From contig OZ240241.1 in the NCBI GenBank assembly GCA_965198115.1, positions 7,328,001 to 7,392,000 on the forward strand: DNA of 64,000 nucleotides, given 5' to 3'. Source of the stretch: Candidatus Latescibacterota bacterium. GTDB lineage: Bacteria; Latescibacterota; UBA2968. Shown piece after piece: positions 40,419-49,568 of the stretch (its first letter is position 1; every line of letters starts with the position of its first letter). The notes beneath the pieces are model-generated. The model did not search any database, was not told the DNA's origin, and saw nothing but the letters and a program-made list of their open reading frames with translations. Made by a program: the position numbers and the translations under genes.

Positions 40419-40465
40419 GGCAGGAAGAGCTGGGGGTTGAGGAGAACGGCACACCAGGAGAAGAG

Positions 40466-41431
40466 ATGGCACCGACACGAGATAAGCAACTCGAGATGTT
40501 GCGATCGATGCAGGTAATACGGCGTTTCGAAGAACGCGCTTCTGATGACTATATCGCCGGTGAGATCTACGGCGTCGTTCATTGCTACATCGGTGAAGAA
40601 GCCGTCGCGGTGGGGGTCTGCTCGGCGCTGAACCGGGAAGATCAGATCATCAGTACGCATCGTGGGCACGGCCATTGTTTGGCCAAGGGCGCAGACCTGA
40701 AACGCATGATGGCGGAGCTCTACGGCAGGGCATCGGGCTATTGCAAAGGCAAGGGTGGCTCTATGCACATCGCCGACTTCAGCATCGGGATGCTGGGGGC
40801 GAACGGTATCGTGGCCGGTGGGATTCCGATCGTGACGGGTGCAGGACTGGCCGCCCAGCTCGAAGGCAAGGGACGCGTCGCCGTGTCTTCCTTCGGGGAT
40901 GGCGCTTCGAACGCTGGACCCTTCCACGAGTCGATCAACATCGCCGCCGCGTGGAAACTTCCGATGCTCTACGTTTGTGAGAACAACCTCTACGCCGTCA
41001 ACACAGCGGCCGCCGATTCACTGGCGCATCAGGACGTTGCCGCAAGGGCGGACGGTTACGGAATCCCAGGGGTCATCGTGGACGGAAACGATGTTCTCGC
41101 AGTTCACCAAGCCGCTACTGAAGCAGTCAGTCGCGCTCGTGCCGGAGAAGGGCCCACCTTGATCGAGTGCAAGACCTACCGCCAGCGAGGACACACGGAG
41201 AGACCCGGCCAAGCCGAGCGGCGCCCGCCCGAAGAGATCGAGGCCTGGAAGAAGCGCGATCCGATTGATCGCCTGGTCAAGGGTATGATGGATCAGGGAG
41301 ACCTGAGCGAGGAAGATTGGCAGAAGATGGATGAGGAGATTCTCGCGGAGATCGAAGCATCCGTTCGATATGCGGAAGACAGCCCGTTCCCCGAGCCCGA
41401 TGCGGCGCTGGAGGACGTGGTCGCGAATTAG
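40466..41431 (+). CDS. 2-oxoacid/acetoin dehydrogenase E1 alpha subunit
   Basis: STHRGHGH, GKGGSMH, GDGA...CENN, TYRQRGH. Confidence 0.93.
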   Translation: MAPTRDKQLEMLRSMQVIRRFEERASDDYIAGEIYGVVHCYIGEEAVAVGVCSALNREDQIISTHRGHGHCLAKGADLKRMMAELYGRASGYCKGKGGSMHIADFSIGMLGANGIVAGGIPIVTGAGLAAQLEGKGRVAVSSFGDGASNAGPFHESINIAAAWKLPMLYVCENNLYAVNTAAADSLAHQDVAARADGYGIPGVIVDGNDVLAVHQAATEAVSRARAGEGPTLIECKTYRQRGHTERPGQAERRPPEEIEAWKKRDPIDRLVKGMMDQGDLSEEDWQKMDEEILAEIEASVRYAEDSPFPEPDAALEDVVAN

Positions 41432-41444
41432 AACCAAAGACAGC

Positions 41445-41575
41445 CACGGAGAACACGGAGGGCCGGCAGGTCAAGTTCCAGGCCTATTCGGGGGGATGGA
41501 ATCCGAGAACATTTCGGCTCAGGCCTTGCAAGCCCTGAAAGGGCGGCAGATTTGGCCCGAGGCGTCAGCCCCCGG
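41445..41575. repeat. 9-mer tandem repeat and GCCCTGAAAGGGC-type REP between E1 alpha and E1 beta
   Basis: CACGGAGAA CACGGAGGG at 41445; GCCCTGAAAGGGC at ~41532. Confidence 0.6.
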
Positions 41576-41691
41576 TAATTGGCAGACCACGAGGGCCCGA
41601 GCCGCTATTAATAGTGGCGATCACGCAGTAACGAAATCCATCGGCGCCTGTAACGAGATTTCAGTCGTCGCAGATTCAGCGAGGTAGCCTG

Positions 41692-42650
41692 ATGCGAACC
41701 ATTTCGTATGCAGACGCAGGAGCAGAAGCGCTCGTGGAAGAAATGCGACGTGATCCGACCACGTTTCATCTCGCGACAGACGCGCCACCGGATCTTGTCG
41801 AGGAGTTCGGGTCACAACGGGTCCGCGGCACCCCCATTGCCGAAGGCGCCCTGACGGGTATCGCCATCGGTGCAGCCGGGTCGGGGTTCCGACCGATCGT
41901 AAACTGGAGCATGGTGACGTTCTCATTCGTTGCGATGGACCAGATCGTGAACCAGGCTGCCAAGATCCACTACATGTTCGGAGGGCAGGCCACTTTCCCC
42001 ATCACCTTCCGGACGTCCGTGGGTGGAGGTAGGCGTGTGGCCGCCCAACACTCACAGAGCCCCTATTCAATGTTTATGAACCTCGCCGGATTGAAGATGA
42101 TTCTACCTTCGCGCCTTATGACATGAAGGGGTTGCTCAAGACGGTCATTCGTGATGACAACCCCATCATTTCGTTCGAGTCGAACAGGCTGAGTGCGATC
42201 GAAGGGGAGGTGCCGGATGACGATTACACGATTCCACTCGGGGTGGCCGATACGAAGAGAGAGGGAACGGATGTGACGATCGTGGCCCTTGCGTGGCTCG
42301 TGCACGAAGCGCTGGCAGTGGCCGAAGATCTGGAGAAGGAAGGGGTCTCGGTCGAGGTGGTCGATCCCCGAACACTCGTCCCGATGGACTACGACGCGAT
42401 TCGGGCTTCCGTTCAGAAGACGGGCAGGCTGGTGATTGCTGATGAGGCCGGACCGATCGCGGGAGCTTCAGCCGAGATCGCGGCGATCGTGACAGAGGAT
42501 CCGGAGACCTTTGCGAAGCTGAAGGCGCCGGTCAAACGTGTTTGCGCACTGCACGTGCCGATCCCCTACAGTCCGGGACTCGAAGATCACGTTTTTCCCG
42601 ATCGGGATAACATTCTGGAAGGTGTCCGGGAGGTCTTGTCGGCTGGGTGA
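41692..42650 (+). CDS. E1 beta subunit, frameshift at ~42110
   Basis: TPIAEG, MDQIVNQAAK, AQHSQS, then YDMKGLLK...EVVDPRTLVPMD...KTGRLV. TCGCGCCT lacks one G for the reading S-A-P. Confidence 0.9.
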
Positions 42651-42710
42651 AACAAAGGCAACACTTCGACTCCGCTCAGTGCAGGCTCCGGCACGAAGAT
42701 AAATCACGTG

Positions 42711-42740
42711 AGGTCCCGGGCTCCTGCCCGGGACCTTTTT
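42711..42740 (+). terminator. Intrinsic terminator of the plus-strand ADH/ThDP operon
   Basis: AGGTCCCGGG-ctcctg-CCCGGGACCT stem followed by a T run. Confidence 0.75.
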
Positions 42741-42837
42741 CTATCGAGCGCCCCCGCTTGTCCCGTGCTCCGCACGGGGACGCTGTGGGACGTTGTCGAG
42801 GGACTAAGAACTGACGCGGAAAGAACAACCGACAACA

Positions 42838-44097
42838 CTACATCTCCCAGATGGGCCAATCCTTTTCCTGCAATTCCTTCCAAATACGATCGAACTCCTC
42901 ACTTCCGTCGTCTTCCCGCTCTTCCAGACGAACGCCGGGTGCGAACGATTCGTCGACCCCCAACTTCATCAGTCCCTCGGCCTGCTGGAGACTGCGATAC
43001 GTGTGCTCGATCCCACCCGGGAGTTTGACCACCGAGAAATGCCTTGGCCATTCCTGCTCAGGTGTTTCTCGATAGCGTGCGATAGCATCCTCGTCTAGTT
43101 CGACGCCCAACCCCGGACCTTCGGGGACCTTCATGAAACCGCGCTGTACGGGATGAGCCGTTTCAATCAGGTCGTCCTCGTATGAATGGCTGGCCGTGAC
43201 GCCGGGCAGCGTTGCAGTGTGCATGACAGCACCGAGCTGACAGGCAAACGCGGCCGTGATTCCCGTACCGACGTACTGAAGCAGAATGGGGGTGTTTGCC
43301 GAGGCGAATGCCCAGGATGCGGCCAGAGCATTTCGGATGTTCTCGTGGCTGCAGAGCGCGCCGTCGAAGTCGCCTGCCCGAAGCGCGTTCCATGGTCCTG
43401 ACGGCTGACGCACGGGGCCATCGAGGACTGTGCCGACGCCGTGAAGATAAAAGGGTATGCGGATCTCGTTGTGAAGTCGTCGCCAACCCTCGATGTCGTG
43501 GGCGAAGATCGGCTCTTCGATGCCTTTGACGATCGGAATGTTTTCCAGCTCACGAAGGATTGGGAGTGCCTTCTCGACGTTAATCAACGCGCCGTTGAAG
43601 TCGAATTCGACACGGAAGTCGGGAGGGGCAACATCTTGCATCGCCTGGGAGCATTCGATCACGTCGTAAAATGCCCTGGCTTTGCACTTGAGGCCTCGGT
43701 AGCCCCGCTCCGCGGCAACCTCTATTTCGGCGGCAGAGTCCTCCGGTGACATGCAGGGCATCCACCAGCCCATGCAGACCCATTCCCGCCGTTGCTGGCC
43801 CATGATCTTCCACGCGGGATGTCCCAGATGCTTCCCCATCAGGTCGTAGCAGGCCATGTCGAGGTTGAATCGACCCGTGCCCATGACGTGGTCGAACGGG
43901 TCCGTTCCGAGATACGGGTCCAGCAATTCCTGTTCGAACGGTGGTCCCACGTTTTCGCCGAGCCCGACGTGGCCGCTATCGGTGTGAAACCTGTAGACCG
44001 TGTGCTCTTCCGTCATGTTGAAATGATAGAAGGCTTTACGGATCCGCTCCTCGTAGGGGATGCGGAGGGGAATGACTTCGATGTCGGTGATTTTCAT
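42838..44097 (-). CDS. Divergent MR/MLE enolase-superfamily enzyme
   Basis: MACYDLMGK, KCK (KxK), DFNG, EEP, FYLHG, GPGLGVELD; short capping domain and C-terminal extension. Confidence 0.85.
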   Translation of the reverse strand: MKITDIEVIPLRIPYEERIRKAFYHFNMTEEHTVYRFHTDSGHVGLGENVGPPFEQELLDPYLGTDPFDHVMGTGRFNLDMACYDLMGKHLGHPAWKIMGQQRREWVCMGWWMPCMSPEDSAAEIEVAAERGYRGLKCKARAFYDVIECSQAMQDVAPPDFRVEFDFNGALINVEKALPILRELENIPIVKGIEEPIFAHDIEGWRRLHNEIRIPFYLHGVGTVLDGPVRQPSGPWNALRAGDFDGALCSHENIRNALAASWAFASANTPILLQYVGTGITAAFACQLGAVMHTATLPGVTASHSYEDDLIETAHPVQRGFMKVPEGPGLGVELDEDAIARYRETPEQEWPRHFSVVKLPGGIEHTYRSLQQAEGLMKLGVDESFAPGVRLEEREDDGSEEFDRIWKELQEKDWPIWEM

Positions 44098-44185
44098 GAC
44101 GAACCCAGAAGAAGACCACCCCTCACATCCGTTCGGGGCAGGCTACACACACGAAATACACGAACGAAACCGGGGAACTTTCTCA

Positions 44186-45223
44186 TCAGGCGGTTTCTGC
44201 GACGTCCTTATCCACATCGATGTTGTGGGCGGACTTGCGTTTTGCCCTCATGGCGGCGTGCGCTTCTTCGGAGCCGTCGTGGTGTGTTCCGAACCACTTG
44301 TCGAAGGGAAAGTCGGGCTCGCCATAGTTGCATTCGAAATATCGATGGTGCAACTGATGGAAGTAGGAGGCTGCTCCGACGCCGCGGTCTCCCTTGAGGA
44401 GAAATTTTTCGAAACCGACGTGGCCCTGCGCTGGGGTGAAAGCGGCGTGTTGTGCGTTCATCAACATGTGGATGGGATGGGACGGGACGACCCAGTGGAT
44501 CAGGATACAGCTGAAATAGATGATGTGTTCGATCGGATGCATGGACAGCCCGGACCACGGACCGATATTGATGTTTCTGTGATGGAGATAGTGTGCGGAT
44601 CTGTAGAGAAGGGGCCAGTGGGTGATTCGGTGTGACAAGTAGAAGTGGAAGATCCGCCATAGCTGGATGCTGCATAGCACGATCCCGAAATAGATCGGTT
44701 CCTGTCGTGGATCGACATACGGAATCATCTGGTTGGCGTAAGCCCACATCATCAAAACTTCGTAGGCTGTCCAGACGATTCCACCACTAACGCAGCTGAA
44801 GAAGACGTTTTCGCGGAGCTGGTTGCCCCACAGGAATTTCCGGTTTCCGACGGCCATCCAATCAGGCGTGTATTTGTATCGAAGTCCCTGGCGTTTGAGT
44901 GACCAGAACTTGAAATGCCACGCGCCGACGATCACGATGAGCATGATCTCGTTGCGAACGAACATTTCAAGGATCCAGTCGGATCGGAATTCGACGCAGC
45001 GTGAAAGCGCTGGCTGCCAGTAGAGCCACGTTGCTGTAGCGATGGCCATGTAGACCAAGTTCCACGGGAACAGATAGTTGTAGAGCCACTTTAGCGTAGC
45101 CAGAGGACGGGGCGGCCAGCCGAACAGGGGGTTTGGTGGAGCCGCCCCACGCTCGGGCTGCCAGAATCCGGCTTCGTCCCGTTCCATTCCGTCGGGAAGT
45201 TCAACCGTGCTCACGTCGGCCAA
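44186..45223 (-). CDS. Sterol desaturase / fatty acid hydroxylase family membrane di-iron enzyme
   Basis: His boxes HRITH, HYLHH, FHQLHH; GPWSGLSMHPIEH; CNYG. Confidence 0.9.
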   Translation of the reverse strand: MADVSTVELPDGMERDEAGFWQPERGAAPPNPLFGWPPRPLATLKWLYNYLFPWNLVYMAIATATWLYWQPALSRCVEFRSDWILEMFVRNEIMLIVIVGAWHFKFWSLKRQGLRYKYTPDWMAVGNRKFLWGNQLRENVFFSCVSGGIVWTAYEVLMMWAYANQMIPYVDPRQEPIYFGIVLCSIQLWRIFHFYLSHRITHWPLLYRSAHYLHHRNINIGPWSGLSMHPIEHIIYFSCILIHWVVPSHPIHMLMNAQHAAFTPAQGHVGFEKFLLKGDRGVGAASYFHQLHHRYFECNYGEPDFPFDKWFGTHHDGSEEAHAAMRAKRKSAHNIDVDKDVAETA

Positions 45224-45334
45224 GGTGTGACTCCTTTCTCAGCGTCGTGGGTCGAGATGACGGGAAACGACTAACATGATAAGAGAATATGGTCCGTACA
45301 GACACGCCGCGCGTCCGAGCGAAATCATGAGTCA

Positions 45335-47086
45335 CTACGTCGGGATGACGGGCAGGACGATGTGAGATGCCCGCAGGTTGTCGTGGAAGACGGTGTTGAT
45401 GGCGACCTGGCTGGCGGTTTCACGGTGAATCGGTCCACCTGTGTTCAGGTTCCGGTCGAAGCGTGGAAAGCAGCTGCTCGTGACGGTCACGCGAATGCGG
45501 TGACCGGGCTGGAAGGCGTTGCTCGTGCCCCAGAGGTCGATTTCATAGCGATAAACTTTGCCGGGATCGAGGAGCTCGGGGTGCTCGAAGGAATTCCGAT
45601 AGCGCGCCCTGAGGATGCCGTCGCAGACGTTTCGGGCGTAGCCGTCGGGATGCACGTCGATGAGCCGCGCGACCCAGTCGGTGTCGGGCGCGGATGACAG
45701 ACCGTAGATGACGGCTTTGACCGGCCCTGTGACCTCCAGCTCTTCTGTGAGCGGATCCGACGTGTAGGTCAGACAACGGGCATCGGAGGGTCGTTGGTCG
45801 AACACGCCTCCGGGAATGTTGAGCGTATTGCCTCCTATGCCGGGCACCGGATCGCTGGGGTCGTAAGTGAAGCTGTCGGGGTTTTCGCTGTCGCTGGGGG
45901 ACGCGGAAGAGAGGGTGCCGTCGTTCAGAGAGTCGATCGATCCGCTGCTGCCGCCTCGCAGGTAGTAATTGGTGTACTGCGTCTCGGGCAGCGGCCAGTT
46001 CGAGGTCTCACGCCAGGCGTTGCGGCCCATGACGAACACCGTGACGGGTGCCTCGCCCATGACACCCGTATTGACCCCTTTCAGCCAGTGGTCGAACCAC
46101 GGCAATCGGATTTCGTTGAAATTTCTGCGCGCGTCGGATCCGAAGTCGAATTCGCCGACGACCTGCGCATCGATGTTACCGGGTCCGTGGATCCAGGGGC
46201 CCACGATGAGCTTCTGACTTTGACGGGACTCTTCGGTCCGGGCACGACGTCTCATGCCCGTGTAGTTCTTGAGCGTTCCCGCGAGGAAGATGTCGAACCA
46301 GCCGCCCAGGTGATAGACGGGTGTCACGACCTGGTCGTGGAAGGGTTCGATGTTGAATTCCCACCAGTAGGCGCCATCCTCCGGCTGCCTCAGCCAATCG
46401 TTGAACCAATCGCTCAACCCCTCGAAAAACGGGCACGGATAGATTGGCAATCGTCCGTACCAGTCTTCTATTTCCTCTTTGACTTGTTCCTGATGACTTC
46501 TCTGGAGCTCCAAGTCGTCTGCGCCGACGAGGTGGTCGATGTTGGTCAGGGTGACGTTCTGCGCCCAGGCCATGTTGAAGGCGAGCTCGAAAGCTCCGTC
46601 ACGGTAAACCCATTCTCTCACGTAGTCGGAGGAGGATTCACGCACGTAGGACGCGCGAAGATGCGGGGGGCGACTCAGCAGGTTTCGATACTGCGTGGCA
46701 CCCGAGTAGGAACCGCCGATTGTGCCGACGTTGCCGTCGCACCACGGCTGACTCGCAACCCATTCGATCGTGTCGTAGCCATCGCGGTTGAGACCGGCTC
46801 CGTCGTCGCGAAACGGATAGAAGTCACCGTCCGACGCGAATCGTCCGCGGACATCCTGGATGATGACTGCATAACCACGCTCAGCGAAGAAGTCGGGTGA
46901 ACCGACGCCGACCTCGGACCCGCCCTCCTTGTTATAAGGCGTCCGCTCGAGGAGGGCCGGGAACGCACCCTCTTCCACCGGGCGCGTGATGTTGGCCCGA
47001 AGCGTCGTCCCGTCCCGCATCGGGATCTCGATGTTCTTCTCGTGCCAGGTTTCGAACGTCGGTTGCGAGAGAGCGTCTTTAGCCAT
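45335..47086 (-). CDS. CocE/NonD hydrolase
   Basis: MRDG, RTPY, QDVRG, GGSYSG, GWFD, GPWIH. Confidence 0.93.
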   Translation of the reverse strand: MAKDALSQPTFETWHEKNIEIPMRDGTTLRANITRPVEEGAFPALLERTPYNKEGGSEVGVGSPDFFAERGYAVIIQDVRGRFASDGDFYPFRDDGAGLNRDGYDTIEWVASQPWCDGNVGTIGGSYSGATQYRNLLSRPPHLRASYVRESSSDYVREWVYRDGAFELAFNMAWAQNVTLTNIDHLVGADDLELQRSHQEQVKEEIEDWYGRLPIYPCPFFEGLSDWFNDWLRQPEDGAYWWEFNIEPFHDQVVTPVYHLGGWFDIFLAGTLKNYTGMRRRARTEESRQSQKLIVGPWIHGPGNIDAQVVGEFDFGSDARRNFNEIRLPWFDHWLKGVNTGVMGEAPVTVFVMGRNAWRETSNWPLPETQYTNYYLRGGSSGSIDSLNDGTLSSASPSDSENPDSFTYDPSDPVPGIGGNTLNIPGGVFDQRPSDARCLTYTSDPLTEELEVTGPVKAVIYGLSSAPDTDWVARLIDVHPDGYARNVCDGILRARYRNSFEHPELLDPGKVYRYEIDLWGTSNAFQPGHRIRVTVTSSCFPRFDRNLNTGGPIHRETASQVAINTVFHDNLRASHIVLPVIPT

Positions 47087-47112
47087 CGGTCGGTTCTTTC
47101 GAGAAGATTCCG

Positions 47113-48033
47113 TTAAACACAGTGGGGGAATTCGCGCCCGCGAACCAGCGGCCATCCATTGGTGGGTTCCGGACCAACCAGGACATCGAGGGTCTTTACA
47201 CGTTCGGTTTCTTCGGGCGATCCGATGTAACGGGTGTCGGCCGACACATAGTGGATGGACCAGCCGCGGCGCCGAGTGGATGTCTTGTTGGGTCCGCTGC
47301 AGTGCAGGGTCAGGCTGTGGTGGAAGGTGGCATCGCCGGCGCTGAGTGGGATCTCCACTTCTTGTTCCAGCACGTCCTCAGTGAGGATGTGAGGCAAGTG
47401 ATCCCAATCGACCAGACCAAAGTCGAGACTACCGGGAATGACCCGAAGACAGCCGTTGTCGGGTGTCGCATCGTCGAGCAGGATCTGGCAGGTGGTCTGG
47501 AAGTTCGACGCGAAGAACTTCCAGAAGACGGAGTCCTGGTGATATCTGTTTGCTGGCGCGTAGGGCGGTTTTGCGAAGACCTGATCGAAGTAGAGCTTGA
47601 TGTTCGGTCCCATCAGGTCTTCGATGATGTCCACAACACGGGGATCCCGCACAATGGAGTCGAACGCTTTGTCGTACCGGCTCGGGGCATCCACCTTGAC
47701 GACGGCGTCAATCGGATCGCCGACGGCGGCCCTGCGTTCGTGGTTGTATTCCTCCTCGCCGCGTGGATAGACCTGTGTCCCTCGCCGATCGTGTTGAGGC
47801 CCTTGCCGGACGACCTCTTCTTTGCCCGATGTCCCCTGTACGCGCCCATAGTCAGCCTTACCTTCGACGTTGCGGACCGACACGTGTTTCTGCGGATAGT
47901 TCGGCACGCCACCGGTGACGAGCGCCTGGTAACGCTCGCGGAGCATTTCGACTTCGGACTCACTCAGCAAATTTCTGACGACGATGTAGCCGTCCCGAAA
48001 GAAGGCTGCTTTTTTGTCTTCGGTGAGAGCCAT
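47113..48033 (-). CDS. PhyH family Fe/2OG dioxygenase
   Basis: FFRDGYIVV, FAKPP, YHQD, NGCLRVIPGS, LHCSGPN...RR. Confidence 0.9.
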   Translation of the reverse strand: MALTEDKKAAFFRDGYIVVRNLLSESEVEMLRERYQALVTGGVPNYPQKHVSVRNVEGKADYGRVQGTSGKEEVVRQGPQHDRRGTQVYPRGEEEYNHERRAAVGDPIDAVVKVDAPSRYDKAFDSIVRDPRVVDIIEDLMGPNIKLYFDQVFAKPPYAPANRYHQDSVFWKFFASNFQTTCQILLDDATPDNGCLRVIPGSLDFGLVDWDHLPHILTEDVLEQEVEIPLSAGDATFHHSLTLHCSGPNKTSTRRRGWSIHYVSADTRYIGSPEETERVKTLDVLVGPEPTNGWPLVRGREFPHCV

Positions 48034-48314
48034 AGGATTGCCTAGTGGGGTGGGCCAACGATGAACACCGGTCACCCTGAGTGACCTTCTCGTGAGATCC
48101 TGAGAGCGAAGCTGACGACGATGTCATTCACAGGTCGTATCGAAGGGTGGCCGGTGGTGCGCTTCGAAGGCACCGATCGCCCCTCGATATGGCGGTCAAC
48201 CTCAAATCCAACAGTCCCCATCCGAGGCGCCTACTCGGGATGATCGGTGCGTATTCGGTTTCCTATGGGACATGCAAACTCGGCATGATCGGTGGGCTGA
48301 CCTGTAGTACGACG

Positions 48315-49475
48315 TTACTCGATCGGATTGTCCGGTTCGAGCAGTTGCTTGGCGGTGGGAGAGAGCGTCCCTGCTGCTTCCATCCGTTCCGCCCAGTGGA
48401 CGGGTGCCGATTCATTCCACCTCGGCGAAACAGGACCGAGTGCGCTCAGCTCGCTCCCGCTACGCTGCCACTCGATTGTCACGTCGCTGGGGTCGGCGGT
48501 GGGATCCGGAGACCGGAAAGCCATGAGCAGGCCCCAGCGGACATGTGCGTCGTCATTCCGATGACCGACGTGGTGTGGCATATGGTGACCGAATGAAACC
48601 ATGCTGCCAGGCGGGATCGACAAACGTTCGATTCTCAGCGGTTCACCCGTAAACGCATGGATCTTCCCGGCCAGCCAGTTCGTCTCCATCTCCTCGTCGT
48701 AGTCCGTACGGGTAGTGCTCCATTTGAACGGGATGCGATACAAATGAGCGCCCGGTATGATGGCAAATTCGCCGCCCTCTTCGCTCGTCGCGCCTTCCGG
48801 ATAGCAGAGTGTACGCACACATTGCTGGTGCAGGTACTCCTTCGTGAGAGCCTTCCCGGTTCCGATGACGTCCTCGACTTCGTGCTGTCCCTGACGATAT
48901 GGGTGCGCGTGCCAGCGTCTGCCGATTGAGCCTGGCGACCGATTGAGCATGATGACGTGATCGAGCAGGAACCCGGGGCCAAGGACCTTGCCGAAGAGGT
49001 CCATCATCTGAGGGTGGGCGGTCGTTGCGTCGAGGATGAAGTTGTCGTAGCCCGCAGGCCAATATTCTGGGAACATGCCCTGCGACTCGAACCCGTCCGC
49101 GACAAGTGACGGTTCGGGGTCGAACAACCCGTAGATCCTCATGTAGTCACGCAGGCCACGTGGCACGAACTTCATCTGCTCAGACCCTCCGCAGCACGTC
49201 TCCAGAAACTCGGGCGTGATCTTGTCGGGGTCAGGCGGGTCCAGCCCTCTAGCTGCGAAGTCGATTGCGCCCCAGGCGGTGTCCCTTACGATGGCGTCGT
49301 TCATCGCCTGCAACTTTCGCAGGCTCTCGGTCCATCGTTTACGACCTTCATCCGTCAGGACACTCTCCCATACCCAGTAACCCTCGCGCTCGAACGTTTC
49401 CCGATCGAACGCAGCCAGCACTTCCGGTCTGAGCAACTCCTCTACCCGCCCCGGCGGTGTCGTTTCCGTCTGCAT
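48315..49475 (-). CDS. Divergent PhyH-like protein (HxH variant)
   Basis: FEREGYWVW, WHAH, IIPGAH, PPGSMVSF, MPHHV, RWG. Confidence 0.75.
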   Translation of the reverse strand: MQTETTPPGRVEELLRPEVLAAFDRETFEREGYWVWESVLTDEGRKRWTESLRKLQAMNDAIVRDTAWGAIDFAARGLDPPDPDKITPEFLETCCGGSEQMKFVPRGLRDYMRIYGLFDPEPSLVADGFESQGMFPEYWPAGYDNFILDATTAHPQMMDLFGKVLGPGFLLDHVIMLNRSPGSIGRRWHAHPYRQGQHEVEDVIGTGKALTKEYLHQQCVRTLCYPEGATSEEGGEFAIIPGAHLYRIPFKWSTTRTDYDEEMETNWLAGKIHAFTGEPLRIERLSIPPGSMVSFGHHMPHHVGHRNDDAHVRWGLLMAFRSPDPTADPSDVTIEWQRSGSELSALGPVSPRWNESAPVHWAERMEAAGTLSPTAKQLLEPDNPIE

Positions 49476-49485
49476 AGCCTGCTCC

Positions 49486-49506
49486 CTGAACACTGAACAC
49501 TGAACA
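49486..49506. repeat. (CTGAACA)3 7-mer tandem repeat
   Basis: Reverse-orientation copies TGTTCAG/TGTTCGG at 55034-55054, 57213-57233 and 59507-59556. Confidence 0.8.
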
Positions 49507-49568
49507 CTTGCCGCCTGCAAGATGCACAACGAATACCGAGAAGCCAACCAAACGGGGCATCCTCCCGT

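Noticed and set aside
42100-42125. Programmed frameshifting in E1 beta, GH4, CocE or the helicase
   Set aside because: No slippery heptamers or stimulatory structures seen; single-base sequencing errors explain the breaks.
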